Assembly: GCF_937941905.1 (NCBI RefSeq)
Contig: NZ_CALDGS010000063.1
Span: 6,268 to 70,267, forward strand
Direction of reading: 5' to 3'
DNA length: 64,000 nucleotides
DNA from: an uncultured Mycolicibacterium sp.
GTDB taxonomy: Bacteria > Actinomycetota > Actinomycetes > Mycobacteriales > Mycobacteriaceae
Both the position numbers and the translations under genes were made by a program. Numbering within the stretch: the stretch's first letter is position 1; each line of letters opens with the position of its first letter. Under the pieces are notes generated by a model that worked only from the letters and a program-made list of their open reading frames with translations, did not search any database and was not told the origin of the DNA. Shown here piece by piece: positions 45,071 through 53,923 of the stretch.

Positions 45071-46678
45071 TCACGCCGCCGACCGGTCCGGCCCGGTGCC
45101 GGCATGCCGGCCGACCGGGTGCCGGCCCGGACGGTGCCCGTCGCCGTGGTCTGCCCCGTCGCCGTCCTCGGTCGCCTGCCGGGCGGCACCCGACCACGCC
45201 GGCCCGCGCCACCGGTGCCGAGGCCCGGCCGCGGCGCGGTCCGTGCCGGGTTGCACGGCGGCCGGCTTCCCGGTGTCGGGCTCGTCGGGGTCGGGGTTAT
45301 CGGGGTCCGGTTCGTCGGTGCGGGTGAATTCCCCGGTCGCGCCGGGATCTCCGTTGGGGCCCCCGGCACTGTCGCCGGTGGCTCCGGCCGGTTCGGCCGC
45401 GGGCGCGCCGGCGTGCGCGAGGACCCGGTTCGGGCCGGGATCGGCGTCGGGCGCGGCCCCGTCCGGGACGAGGTCGCCGTCGGTGTCGTTGTCGGGCACC
45501 GGGATCGGCGGTGCCAGCGGGGCCAGGCCGGGTTCCAGCGCGTTGTGCACCCCGCGGCCGATGGCGTCGACGAGGTCGACCAGCAGCGTGAACGGATTGA
45601 TGAACGGGATCAGCCCGATCGGGGTGGGCCGGCTGTAATCCGAACGGTCGTAGGCGGTTTCGATCAGCACCTGCAGTGCCGGGGAGACCAGGTCGACCAG
45701 CGGCTCGATCAGCGCCAGGGTGCCGGTGAGCGCGCCGAGGTCCAGCAGCGGCTGCATGATCGGCAGCCGGGTGGCCGGCAGCGTGATGTAGTAGGTGTCG
45801 GTGCCCGGCCGGTGCTGGCAGTAGGTGGCCGCCGAGCACTCCGCCGCCGCGGCGGCCATCGCCGCCTCGATCTGCTCCGGGGTGTAGCCGTACGGCGGGG
45901 CGGGGGAGTCCCCGTTGGGGTCCAGATAGGTGCCGTGGATGTAGACGAACCCGGCCAGCGCGTTGAGCAGCGCCAGCGGGTTGAACAGATAGCGCGGCGA
46001 GTCGGCGACCGCGTCGTACTGCAGCGCGATGTCGTGGGTGAGAAACGGGGTGTCGGTCGGGGTGGGCTGGCCGAAGGTGGCGTCCAGGATCGGCACGGTG
46101 CCCAGCCAGGCCAACCGCTCGAACAGCCCGCCGTTGGGCCGGTTCGGGTTCCCGATGACCACGAAGGTCAGGTCGGCCGGATCGAACGGGAAGGTGTCCG
46201 GGGACAGCTGCAGCAGCTCGTGCAGGTTGCGCTTGATCAGGCTGGCCACCGTCGCGCCCTGGGAGTAGCCGAAGATCACCACCGGGTCGTCGTCGGTGGG
46301 GGTGTGCATGCCGAGCTGCAGGCTCAGGCCGACCACGCCGCTGGCCACCGACACGTTCCACTTCGCCCCGGACAACCCGCCCCAGCCGGGCAGCGGGATC
46401 GGCCAGAACTGGGCGATGTAGTCCACCGGCACCAGTTCGCACGGCGACCCGGGACCGGCCGGACAGGACGGGGTGAACGCCCCGACGTAGTAGTCGCGGA
46501 CGTTGTCCAGCAGCCCGGCGATGTCCTGCGGATGCTGGTCGCCGGTGCCCGGCACGATGATCGCGGTACCGGTCTGCACCACCGTCGCCGTGGTGACCGT
46601 CGGGGTGACGCCGAGGGCCAGCGTGCCGGCCACCGCCAGCGCGGCCACCGCGCCGTCGCGGAGCGTGCGCATGTCCAA
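45071..46678 (-). CDS. secreted PE-PPE-domain serine hydrolase with low-complexity C-terminal tail
   Basis: Signal peptide, then a PE-PPE alpha/beta-hydrolase-type domain with a GYSQG elbow and a tail of about 150 aa. GGAGGTG SD. GC3 stays high through the tail. Confidence 0.8.
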   Translation of the reverse strand: MDMRTLRDGAVAALAVAGTLALGVTPTVTTATVVQTGTAIIVPGTGDQHPQDIAGLLDNVRDYYVGAFTPSCPAGPGSPCELVPVDYIAQFWPIPLPGWGGLSGAKWNVSVASGVVGLSLQLGMHTPTDDDPVVIFGYSQGATVASLIKRNLHELLQLSPDTFPFDPADLTFVVIGNPNRPNGGLFERLAWLGTVPILDATFGQPTPTDTPFLTHDIALQYDAVADSPRYLFNPLALLNALAGFVYIHGTYLDPNGDSPAPPYGYTPEQIEAAMAAAAAECSAATYCQHRPGTDTYYITLPATRLPIMQPLLDLGALTGTLALIEPLVDLVSPALQVLIETAYDRSDYSRPTPIGLIPFINPFTLLVDLVDAIGRGVHNALEPGLAPLAPPIPVPDNDTDGDLVPDGAAPDADPGPNRVLAHAGAPAAEPAGATGDSAGGPNGDPGATGEFTRTDEPDPDNPDPDEPDTGKPAAVQPGTDRAAAGPRHRWRGPAWSGAARQATEDGDGADHGDGHRPGRHPVGRHAGTGPDRSAA

Positions 46679-46757
46679 CCCACCTCCCAGAACCCGGTCG
46701 AGTGTCGGGACGCAGGCATCGTCGCACAGCCCGGCCCGTACCGACCGGCAAACCGGG

Positions 46758-47282
46758 TCACTCGGTGGCGGTGACGTCGAACAGGTCGGCGGGATCGGCG
46801 CTCAGCAGCGAATCGGCGACTGCGGCCTTGAGTTCGTCGAGCCGGCGCTCCTCCGCCGGCGAACGCTGCGGGGTGCGGGCCAGTTCGACGAACTCCGCGG
46901 TGACGAAGCCGTCGCGCAGCACCAGCTGCACCCCGCCGTCACCGAGGCTCAGGTCGAACACGAAGTCCTCCCGCAGCGGGCCGAGGTCCGGGCGGGCCAG
47001 GTCGCGGTCCACCAGGTAGCGGCCCTCGGTGACCGCCCGGGTGACCGCCTCGAAGCCGTCACGGGCGCCGGGGCCGCGGAACGCGGTGCGCACCAGCACC
47101 GCCCGGCGCGGCACCGGGGTGCCGGGGGCGAGCAGCGCGAACGCCCGGCGCATCGCCTGGAACGCCACCGCCACCCCGGCCGGCGAGTACGGTCCGGCGT
47201 AGCGCATCAGGTCGGCGAAGCCGAACGCGAGCCGCTGCCCGCGGTCCTCGACCACGATCACGGCGTCGTCGGTGTCGGTCAT
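46758..47282 (-). CDS. hypothetical protein, translationally coupled to the molybdoenzyme gene
   Basis: ATG 47282 overlaps the stop of the upstream gene (ATGA). 174 aa with no Cys, His or Trp. No family recognised. Confidence 0.6.
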   Translation of the reverse strand: MTDTDDAVIVVEDRGQRLAFGFADLMRYAGPYSPAGVAVAFQAMRRAFALLAPGTPVPRRAVLVRTAFRGPGARDGFEAVTRAVTEGRYLVDRDLARPDLGPLREDFVFDLSLGDGGVQLVLRDGFVTAEFVELARTPQRSPAEERRLDELKAAVADSLLSADPADLFDVTATE

Positions 47283-49570
47283 GGGTTCCTCACCACCGGG
47301 GGTTCGTGGGCACGCACCGGCGGCGGCGTGCCCGGAAACATCTCCACCTGCACCAGCACGTGCGCGCCGGTACAGCCGCGGGCCAGCGCCGAGGTGCCGG
47401 TGTCGTCGGTGAGCACGTTGACGCTGCCGTGCACGCACAGGCTGTCCGGATCGGCCGGATCGGCCGGGTCGTACCAGGCGCCGGTGGCCAGCTGGACCAC
47501 CCGGGGCCGCAGCCGGTCGTCGACGACCACCCCGGCCAGGCAGCTGCCGCGGTCGTTGAACACCCGCACCACGTCGCCGTCGGACAGTCCCCGTTCGGCC
47601 GCGTCCTGCGGATGCATCCGGATCGGCTCGCGCCCGGATACCTTGGCGGCCCGGCTGATCGCCCCCATGTCCAGCTGGCTGTGCAGCCGGGTGGCCGGCT
47701 GGTTGGCCAGCAGGTGCAGCGGGAACCGTTGCGCCCGTTCGCCGCCGAGCCACTCGGTGGGCTCGTACCAGCGGGGGTGGCCGGCGCAGTCGGGGTAGCC
47801 GAACGCGTCGATGTCGGCCGAGAAGATCTCGATCCGGCCGCTCGGGGTGGCCAGTCGGTGCCGGTCCGGGTCGGCGCGGAAGTCGCCGAGCAGCACCAGC
47901 CCCGGCTCGGTGGGCAGCTCGACCCGGCCGCGGCGCCAGAACTCGTCGAAATCCGGCACTGCGAAATCCAGCCCGGCCGCCCAGGTTTCGTAGAGGTGGC
48001 GCAGCCACTCGAAGGCGGTGCGGCCCTCGGTGAACGCCGCGCCGAAGCCGAGCCGGTCGGCCAGCGCGGCAAACGTCGTGTAGTCGTCGCGGGCCTGCGC
48101 GTACGGCGGCACCAGCCGCGGCATCGCCATCAGCACCGGGTCGTTGCGCGACCCGGAGAAGTCGTCGCGCTCGTAGGGGGTGGTCGAGGGCACCACGATG
48201 TCGGCGTGCCGTGCCATCGGCGTCCAGTACGGGTCGTGCACCACGATGGTGTCCACCCGCGCCAGCGCCCGGCGCAGCCGGGGGATGTTCTGGTGGTGGT
48301 GGAACGGGTTGCCGCCGGCCCAGTACACCAGCCTGATGTCCGGGTAGGTCAGCCGTAACCCGTTGTAGTCGAACGGTTCTCCCGGGTGCAGCAGCATGTC
48401 GCTGATCGCCGCGACCGGGATGAAGGTGCGCACCGGGTTGACCCCCTGCGGGAGCCGGGGCAGCCCGCAGCGCAGCGGTGGCAGGCCGGGCTCGTTCATC
48501 GACCCGTAGCCGTGGCCGAAACCCCCGCCGGGCAGCCCGATCTGGCCCAGCATCGCGGCCAGCGTGAGCCCCATCCAGGGTGCCTGTTCGCCGTGCCGCA
48601 CCCGCTGCAGCGACCAGCCGACGTTGATCATGGTGCGTCCGGCGGCCATCCGCCGGGCCAGCGCGACGAGGTCCCCGGCGGGCAGCCCGCAGATCGGCGC
48701 GGCCCACCGCGGCGATTTCGGCACCCCGTCGTCGCGGCCGAGCAGGTAGCGCTCGAACCGCTCGTACCCGACGCAGTAGCGGTCCAGGAACGCGCGGTCG
48801 GCCAGCGACTCGGTGGCCAGCACGTAGGCCAGCGCCAGCATCACCGCCACATCGGTGCCCGGCACCAGCGGCAGCCACTCGCAGTCGCCGTCGACGTCGT
48901 CGCGCAGCGGCGACAGCGACACCACCCGGCCGCCGCGGGCCCGGAACCGGCGCAGCGCGTCGCGGGCCGGGTGACGGGTGGTACCGCCGTGGTTGACCGC
49001 GGTGTTGCGCAGCGGCAGGCCGCCGAAGCACACCAGCAGATCGGTGTGGGCGACCACGACCTCCCAGTCGGTGGCGCGCTTGAACAGGTCGTCGTGGGTG
49101 CCCACCACCCGCGGCATGATCACCCCGGTCGCACCCAGGCTGTAGGAGTGCCGGGAGAAGGTGTAGCCGCCGAGCTGGTTCAGGAAGCGGTGCACCTGGC
49201 TCTGGGCGTGGTGGAACCGGCCGGCGCTGGACCAGCCGTAGGAGCCGCCGTAGATCGCCTCGTTGCCGTGCTCGTCGACCACCCGGCGCAGCTCGCCGGC
49301 CAGCAGTTCGACGAGCTCGTCCCAGGACACCGCGACGAACTCGTCGGCGCCGCGGTCGGCGCTCGGCCCGGGCCCGTCGCGCAGCCAGCCGCGCCGGACC
49401 GCCGGCCCGGCGATCCGGGCCCGGTGGCGCACCGAACCGGGCAGGTTGCCCAGCAGCGGGGAGGGGTCGACGTCGGCCGCGTCCGGCCGCACCGCGGCGA
49501 TCTCGCCGGCGTCGACCTCGGCGCGGAACGCACCCCAGTGGGTCAGGCTGGTGCGGGTCGTCGGCGGCAC
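47279..49570 (-). CDS. molybdopterin-dependent oxidoreductase, DMSO-reductase family, BisC/TorZ-like (cytoplasmic)
   Basis: GTG start. The N-terminus reads ...SLTHWGAF. There is no Tat signal and no N-terminal Fe-S Cys cluster. The C-terminal beta-barrel domain contains GDVVRVFNDRG. Confidence 0.88.
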   Translation of the reverse strand: MPPTTRTSLTHWGAFRAEVDAGEIAAVRPDAADVDPSPLLGNLPGSVRHRARIAGPAVRRGWLRDGPGPSADRGADEFVAVSWDELVELLAGELRRVVDEHGNEAIYGGSYGWSSAGRFHHAQSQVHRFLNQLGGYTFSRHSYSLGATGVIMPRVVGTHDDLFKRATDWEVVVAHTDLLVCFGGLPLRNTAVNHGGTTRHPARDALRRFRARGGRVVSLSPLRDDVDGDCEWLPLVPGTDVAVMLALAYVLATESLADRAFLDRYCVGYERFERYLLGRDDGVPKSPRWAAPICGLPAGDLVALARRMAAGRTMINVGWSLQRVRHGEQAPWMGLTLAAMLGQIGLPGGGFGHGYGSMNEPGLPPLRCGLPRLPQGVNPVRTFIPVAAISDMLLHPGEPFDYNGLRLTYPDIRLVYWAGGNPFHHHQNIPRLRRALARVDTIVVHDPYWTPMARHADIVVPSTTPYERDDFSGSRNDPVLMAMPRLVPPYAQARDDYTTFAALADRLGFGAAFTEGRTAFEWLRHLYETWAAGLDFAVPDFDEFWRRGRVELPTEPGLVLLGDFRADPDRHRLATPSGRIEIFSADIDAFGYPDCAGHPRWYEPTEWLGGERAQRFPLHLLANQPATRLHSQLDMGAISRAAKVSGREPIRMHPQDAAERGLSDGDVVRVFNDRGSCLAGVVVDDRLRPRVVQLATGAWYDPADPADPDSLCVHGSVNVLTDDTGTSALARGCTGAHVLVQVEMFPGTPPPVRAHEPPVVRNP

Positions 49571-49713
49571 GGCAGCAGTCTATGGGGCCGCCGGGGCGCC
49601 CGCGCCCGGCCGGATCTTCGGCGACACGCCGGGCATCCTCGGCGATGTGAACCGATGGTTGGAGTCCCGACGCGATACTTTACGGTGAACTTTGCCGACC
49701 GTCGGGAGGATCG

Positions 49714-51885
49714 ATGACAGGGCAGCGAGCCCGGTTGACAGCGGCGATCGGGCGGGCCGCCTGCCTGTTCGCGGTGGTGACCGCGCTGGTGTGCGCACCG
49801 GTGGCGGGCGCGACGCCGGAGAGCGACGCCGACGCCGCCATCACCGCCGCCTGGGAGGCCACCGGCGGCGCGGCCGGGCCGCTCGGCCCGCCCACCGGCG
49901 GGGTGTACCCGGTCGGCGTCGGCTTCGGCCGCGACTACGCCCGCGGCAGGATGTTCTACACCCCCGACACCGGCGCCCACTTCATCCAGGGCGCCATCCT
50001 GGAGAAGTACGAGTCGCTGGGCGGTCCCGCCGACAGCGATCTGGGGTTTCCCACCATCGACGAGAGCCCGGGCCGGGTCGGCCCGGACAGCCGCAACGTC
50101 ATCTTCAGCGCCGGGGACAATCCGGTCATCTTCTGGACCCCCGACACCGGTGCCCACGTGGTGCGCGGCGCGATCAACGCCGCCTGGGACCGGCTGGGCG
50201 GATCGTCCGGCCCGCTCGGGGTCCCGGCCGAGGACGAGGTGTTCCGCGGCGACGTGGTGAGCCAGAAGTTCACCGGCGGCGAGCTGTCCTGGAACCGCCG
50301 CACCGGTGAGTTCACCACGGTGCCGCCGGATCTCGCGGCCGGGCTGGAGGGGCTGGAGGTCTCCGAGGACCCGGTCGCGGCGATCAACGCCGCGCGCCGG
50401 GCGGCCGGCGGCGCGCTCGGCCCGCTGGGCGCGCGGCAGGGCGAGCCGTATCCGGTCGGCGACGACGGCCTGGCCCAGGATTTCGCCGGCGGCGCGATCT
50501 ACTACAGCCCCGCCACCGGGGCCAACGTGCTGACCGGCCAGGTGTTGGAGAAGTACCGGAGCGTGGGTGGCCCGGACGGCGATCTGGGGCTGCCCACCTC
50601 CGGTGAGCAGTCGGTGGGCGCGGGGCCGGCGCGGATGGCGACCTTCGGCGCCGACGACGAGCCGGTCATCTTCTGGACCCCGGACTACGGCGCGGTCGTC
50701 GTGCGCGGCTCGATCCGGGCGGCCTGGGACAAGCTCGACGGCGCCGAGGGCCCGCTGGGCGTGCCGGTGGCCGACCAGAGCGAGGACGGTGCCACCGTCA
50801 CCCAGAAGTTCGAGCACGGGTCGATCAGCTACGACCGGGACAAGGGCCGGTTCAGCACCGAACCGGCCGATCTGGCCGGGCAGCTGACCGATCTGCAGGT
50901 GCCGGCCGAGCAGGTGCCCCCGCCGGCCGACGCGTCCGCCGACGGCGGCGACGGGGCGACCGGGGTGTCGGCGAAGTGGTGGTGGCTGGTGGCGGTCCCG
51001 CTGCTCGTGCTGATCGGCGCCCTGGTCGGGCTCACCGCCTGGCACCGGCGCCGGCGCGGGGGCGAAGCGTCCGGCGCCGACGCCGCCGACGAGTACCGCG
51101 ATGCCTACCGCCCGGACGACTACCGGGATTACGGGGACCGGGACTACGGGGAGCACGAGGCCGGCAGCGCGGAGGCGGCCGCCGACGAACGGCCCACCGA
51201 CGACGACGAGGCCGACCGGTTCGGCCGGTTCTACGGCGAGCCGTCCGGTCCGGCCCCGTACACCCCGGCCGGTGGCACCGACGAGCCGCTGCCGGTGAGC
51301 ATGTGGGGCTTCGGTGAGGAACCCGGGGGCGAGGAACCCGGGCCGGTCGGGCAGGACGCCGGCCAGGAGGACCCGGACTCGGTCGACACCGAGCCCACCC
51401 GCATCCCGACCGCCGCCGAACTCGGCGGTGCCGAACCGGGTGGCCGGGCCCCGGCCGGGCCCGAGCCGTCCGGCGGCCCCGGGCTGCTCGACGCCCCGGT
51501 CGCCGAGTCGGCGGTGATCGAGGCCGACGTGGTCGAGGTGGAGGCGGTCGACGAGCCGGCCGAGGCGGACAGCCGGCCCCGGTTCGGGGCACCCGAGTTC
51601 GGGACCTCCGGGTTCGGGGCACCCGAGTTCGGCGAGGCCGCGGGGGAGCCCCACTCCGGCCGGCACGCGGCGGTCGACCCCGACGAGCCCGCGCCCGGAC
51701 ACACCGGCATCCACCTGCCGCTGGCCGACCCGCGTCAGGCGCCGGCCGGATTCACCGTCAAGGCCAGCGCGACCGAGGGCGTGTACTGGACGCCGGACTG
51801 CCCCGGCTACGCCGAGGCGGTGGCCGAATTGTGGTTCGTCAGCGAGGAACTCGCCGTCACCAACGGGTTCGTCAAGGCCCGCTGA
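49714..51885 (+). CDS. LGFP-repeat membrane-anchored protein (Rv2721c-like)
   Basis: GGGAGGA SD and a signal peptide. Six LGFP-type repeats are arranged as a duplicated 3-repeat module. These are followed by one TM (WWWLVAVPLLVLIGALVGLTAW), an acidic disordered region and a conserved C-terminal module (FTVKASATEGVYWTPDCPGY). Confidence 0.85.
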   Translation: MTGQRARLTAAIGRAACLFAVVTALVCAPVAGATPESDADAAITAAWEATGGAAGPLGPPTGGVYPVGVGFGRDYARGRMFYTPDTGAHFIQGAILEKYESLGGPADSDLGFPTIDESPGRVGPDSRNVIFSAGDNPVIFWTPDTGAHVVRGAINAAWDRLGGSSGPLGVPAEDEVFRGDVVSQKFTGGELSWNRRTGEFTTVPPDLAAGLEGLEVSEDPVAAINAARRAAGGALGPLGARQGEPYPVGDDGLAQDFAGGAIYYSPATGANVLTGQVLEKYRSVGGPDGDLGLPTSGEQSVGAGPARMATFGADDEPVIFWTPDYGAVVVRGSIRAAWDKLDGAEGPLGVPVADQSEDGATVTQKFEHGSISYDRDKGRFSTEPADLAGQLTDLQVPAEQVPPPADASADGGDGATGVSAKWWWLVAVPLLVLIGALVGLTAWHRRRRGGEASGADAADEYRDAYRPDDYRDYGDRDYGEHEAGSAEAAADERPTDDDEADRFGRFYGEPSGPAPYTPAGGTDEPLPVSMWGFGEEPGGEEPGPVGQDAGQEDPDSVDTEPTRIPTAAELGGAEPGGRAPAGPEPSGGPGLLDAPVAESAVIEADVVEVEAVDEPAEADSRPRFGAPEFGTSGFGAPEFGEAAGEPHSGRHAAVDPDEPAPGHTGIHLPLADPRQAPAGFTVKASATEGVYWTPDCPGYAEAVAELWFVSEELAVTNGFVKAR

Positions 51886-51892
51886 ACCCGGA

Positions 51893-51910
51893 ACCGCCCG
51901 CCGGGGCGGT
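51893..51910. terminator. short hairpin between the convergent LGFP gene and lexA
   Basis: ACCGCCC-GCCG-GGGCGGT, a 7-bp stem with a 4-nt loop. Confidence 0.35.
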
Positions 51911-52614
51911 CAGAGTTTGCGGATGACGGTGACGACCTTGCCGAGGATCACCGCGTCGTTGCCGGGGATCGGCTCGTAGGCCGGGTTGTGCGGCATCAGC
52001 CACACCTGGCCGCGGGTGCGTTTGAAGGTCTTGACCGTCGCCTCGCCGTCGATCATCGCCGCGACGATGTCGCCGTTGTCGGCGACGTTCTGCTGGCGCA
52101 CCACCACCCAGTCGCCGTCGCAGATCGCGGCGTCGACCATCGAATCGCCGACCACCTTGAGCAGAAACAGCGAGCCCTCGCCGACCAGCTCGCGGGGCAG
52201 CGGGAAGACGTCCTCGACCGCCTCCTCGGCCAGGATCGGCCCGCCGGCGGCGATGCGGCCGAGCACCGGCACGAAGGTGGGTTCCGGCAGTGCGTCGGAG
52301 CCGGCCACGTCGGTGACCACCGGCGGACCGGCCGGCTCGTCGAGCCCGCGCACGTCGACCGCGCGCGGCCGGTTCGGGTCGCGGCGCAGGTAGCCCTTGC
52401 GTTCGAGGGTGCGCAGCTGATGGGCCACCGACGAGGTGGACGTCAGCCCCACCGCGTCGCCGATCTCCCGGATGCTCGGCGGGTACCCCCGGGTGGTCAC
52501 CGAGGCCCGGATGACCTCGAGGATGGTGCGCTGCCGTTCGGTGAGCCCGCCGTCGGGCCCGCGGCGTGCGCCGGTCCTGCCGCGGTCGGTGGGGGTCCCG
52601 CTGCTGTCGCTCAT
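51910..52614 (-). CDS. lexA: SOS repressor LexA
   Basis: wHTH, cleavage site RIAAGGPI, and S24 peptidase Ser/Lys residues (GDSM, KTFKR). Confidence 0.97.
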   Translation of the reverse strand: MSDSSGTPTDRGRTGARRGPDGGLTERQRTILEVIRASVTTRGYPPSIREIGDAVGLTSTSSVAHQLRTLERKGYLRRDPNRPRAVDVRGLDEPAGPPVVTDVAGSDALPEPTFVPVLGRIAAGGPILAEEAVEDVFPLPRELVGEGSLFLLKVVGDSMVDAAICDGDWVVVRQQNVADNGDIVAAMIDGEATVKTFKRTRGQVWLMPHNPAYEPIPGNDAVILGKVVTVIRKL

Positions 52615-52647
52615 AGCTGCCGAGCGTAGTCGGCGCGCCGACGTTCA

Positions 52648-52663
52648 TCAAACACTTGTTCGA
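52648..52663 (-). promoter_or_regulatory. SOS box upstream of lexA (autoregulation)
   Basis: TCAAACACTTGTTCGA (reverse complement TCGAACAAGTGTTTGA), 34-49 nt upstream of the lexA start. Confidence 0.75.
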
Positions 52664-52701
52664 GGTGTGTCGGCCGGTCCGGCGGTCCGCAGCGGCCGGT
52701 T

Positions 52702-52724
52702 TTGTCGGACCTGCGTCCTATCGT
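52702..52724 (+). promoter_or_regulatory. RecA-NDp-type promoter motif facing the LysM (Rv2719c-like) gene
   Basis: TTGTCGGAC - 8 nt - TATCGT. Confidence 0.65.
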
Positions 52725-52735
52725 TCCGCAACAGT

Positions 52736-52793
52736 TCGATCACATGTTCTATTCATCGAACAGATGATCGACTAGATTCGAACACAGGAGCGA
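52736..52793 (+). promoter_or_regulatory. three tandem SOS-like boxes between the NDp motif and the LysM gene
   Basis: TCGATCACATGTTCTA (52736-51), TCGAACAGATGATCGA (52756-71) and TCGAACACAGGAGCGA (52778-93). They carry 1, 1 and 2 mismatches to the GAAC-N4-GTTC core. Confidence 0.6.
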
Positions 52794-52817
52794 ATACGCG
52801 AGCGGAAGGTGTAAGAC

Positions 52818-53285
52818 ATGACCATCCTCGGAGCACAGGCGAGCATCCTCGAGACGGGCGGCCCCCGCCGGGTCGGCCCCCGGCAGGTCGGGGTGCGCCG
52901 GGTCGAGCCCCGGCGCCCGGCCGGCCGCAGGCGGCCCGCGGCCGGGCGGGTGCAGTACCGGCGGCCGCGGGTGGCGCTGTCGCGGGCGGTGCACCGCCGG
53001 CCGATCACCCCGGCCAAGACCGTGGTGCTGGCCCTGGTCGCCGCCGGCATCACGGTGTGGCTGGGGCTGGTCGCCCAGGTGGGCGGGGTGCTCGGCCCGC
53101 GTGAGTCGGTGCCGCCCCGGCTGGCGGTGGTCCAGGTGCACGCCGGGGAGACCCTGCACCAGGTCGCCCAGCGGGTGGCGCCGCAGGCCCCGGTGGGCGC
53201 GGTCGTCGAACGCATCCGCGAACTCAACGGACTGCACTCGTCGGCGGTGAACGCCGGGCAGACGCTGCTGGCCCCGGTGGGCTGA
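52818..53285 (+). CDS. LysM-domain membrane protein (Rv2719c/ChiZ-like)
   Basis: Basic N-terminus, one TM and a C-terminal LysM domain ([15 protein letters not shown]...NAGQTLLAP). Divergent from lexA. Confidence 0.85.
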   Translation: MTILGAQASILETGGPRRVGPRQVGVRRVEPRRPAGRRRPAAGRVQYRRPRVALSRAVHRRPITPAKTVVLALVAAGITVWLGLVAQVGGVLGPRESVPPRLAVVQVHAGETLHQVAQRVAPQAPVGAVVERIRELNGLHSSAVNAGQTLLAPVG

Positions 53286-53395
53286 TGCCCGTCGGCGCGG
53301 GCACGCGGTGCCGGGTGCCGGGAGCCGCCGGGCCGGGGCAGGTACGCTCGGAGTCGTTCGAGGTAACTGTCCGTCGGTGCGGCGAAGGAGCGGTG

Positions 53396-53914
53396 ATGCA
53401 CTGTCCGTTCTGCCGTCATCCCGATTCCCGGGTCGTGGACTCCCGGCTGACCGACGAAGGGCAGGCGATCCGGCGGCGCCGGTCCTGCCCGGAGTGCGGC
53501 CGCCGGTTTACCACGGTGGAGACGGCGGTGCTCGCCGTGGTCAAGCGCAGCGGCGTGACCGAACCGTTCAGCCGGGAGAAGGTGATCCGCGGGGTGCGGC
53601 GGGCCTGCCAGGGCCGGCAGGTCGATGACGACGCGCTGAACCTGCTCGCCCAGCAGGTGGAGGACACCGTGCGCGCCACCGGCTCGCCGGAGGTGCCGAG
53701 CCACGAGGTGGGCCTGGCCATCCTCGGCCCGTTGCGCGAGCTCGACGAGGTGGCCTACCTGCGGTTCGCCTCGGTCTACCGCGGGTTCACCTCGGCCGAG
53801 GACTTCGAGCGGGAGATCCAGGCGCTGCGCGAGCACCGCCGGCGGGCCGCGGCGGAGCCGGAGGCACCGGCCGCGGATTCGGCGGCCGGACAGGCCCGGG
53901 CCGCCTCGTCCTGA
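53396..53914 (+). CDS. nrdR: transcriptional repressor NrdR
   Basis: ORF trimmed to MHCPFC. Zn ribbon CPFC..CPEC plus an ATP-cone. GAAGGAG SD. Confidence 0.95.
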   Translation: MHCPFCRHPDSRVVDSRLTDEGQAIRRRRSCPECGRRFTTVETAVLAVVKRSGVTEPFSREKVIRGVRRACQGRQVDDDALNLLAQQVEDTVRATGSPEVPSHEVGLAILGPLRELDEVAYLRFASVYRGFTSAEDFEREIQALREHRRRAAAEPEAPAADSAAGQARAASS

Positions 53915-53923
53915 CCGGTCCGC

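Noticed and set aside
52775-52789. GTTCGAATC (minus strand), resembling a tRNA T-loop
   Set aside because: The flanks cannot form a T-arm or acceptor stem. The sequence is one of the SOS-box half-sites in the lexA control region. No tRNA-like cloverleaf was found anywhere in the window.
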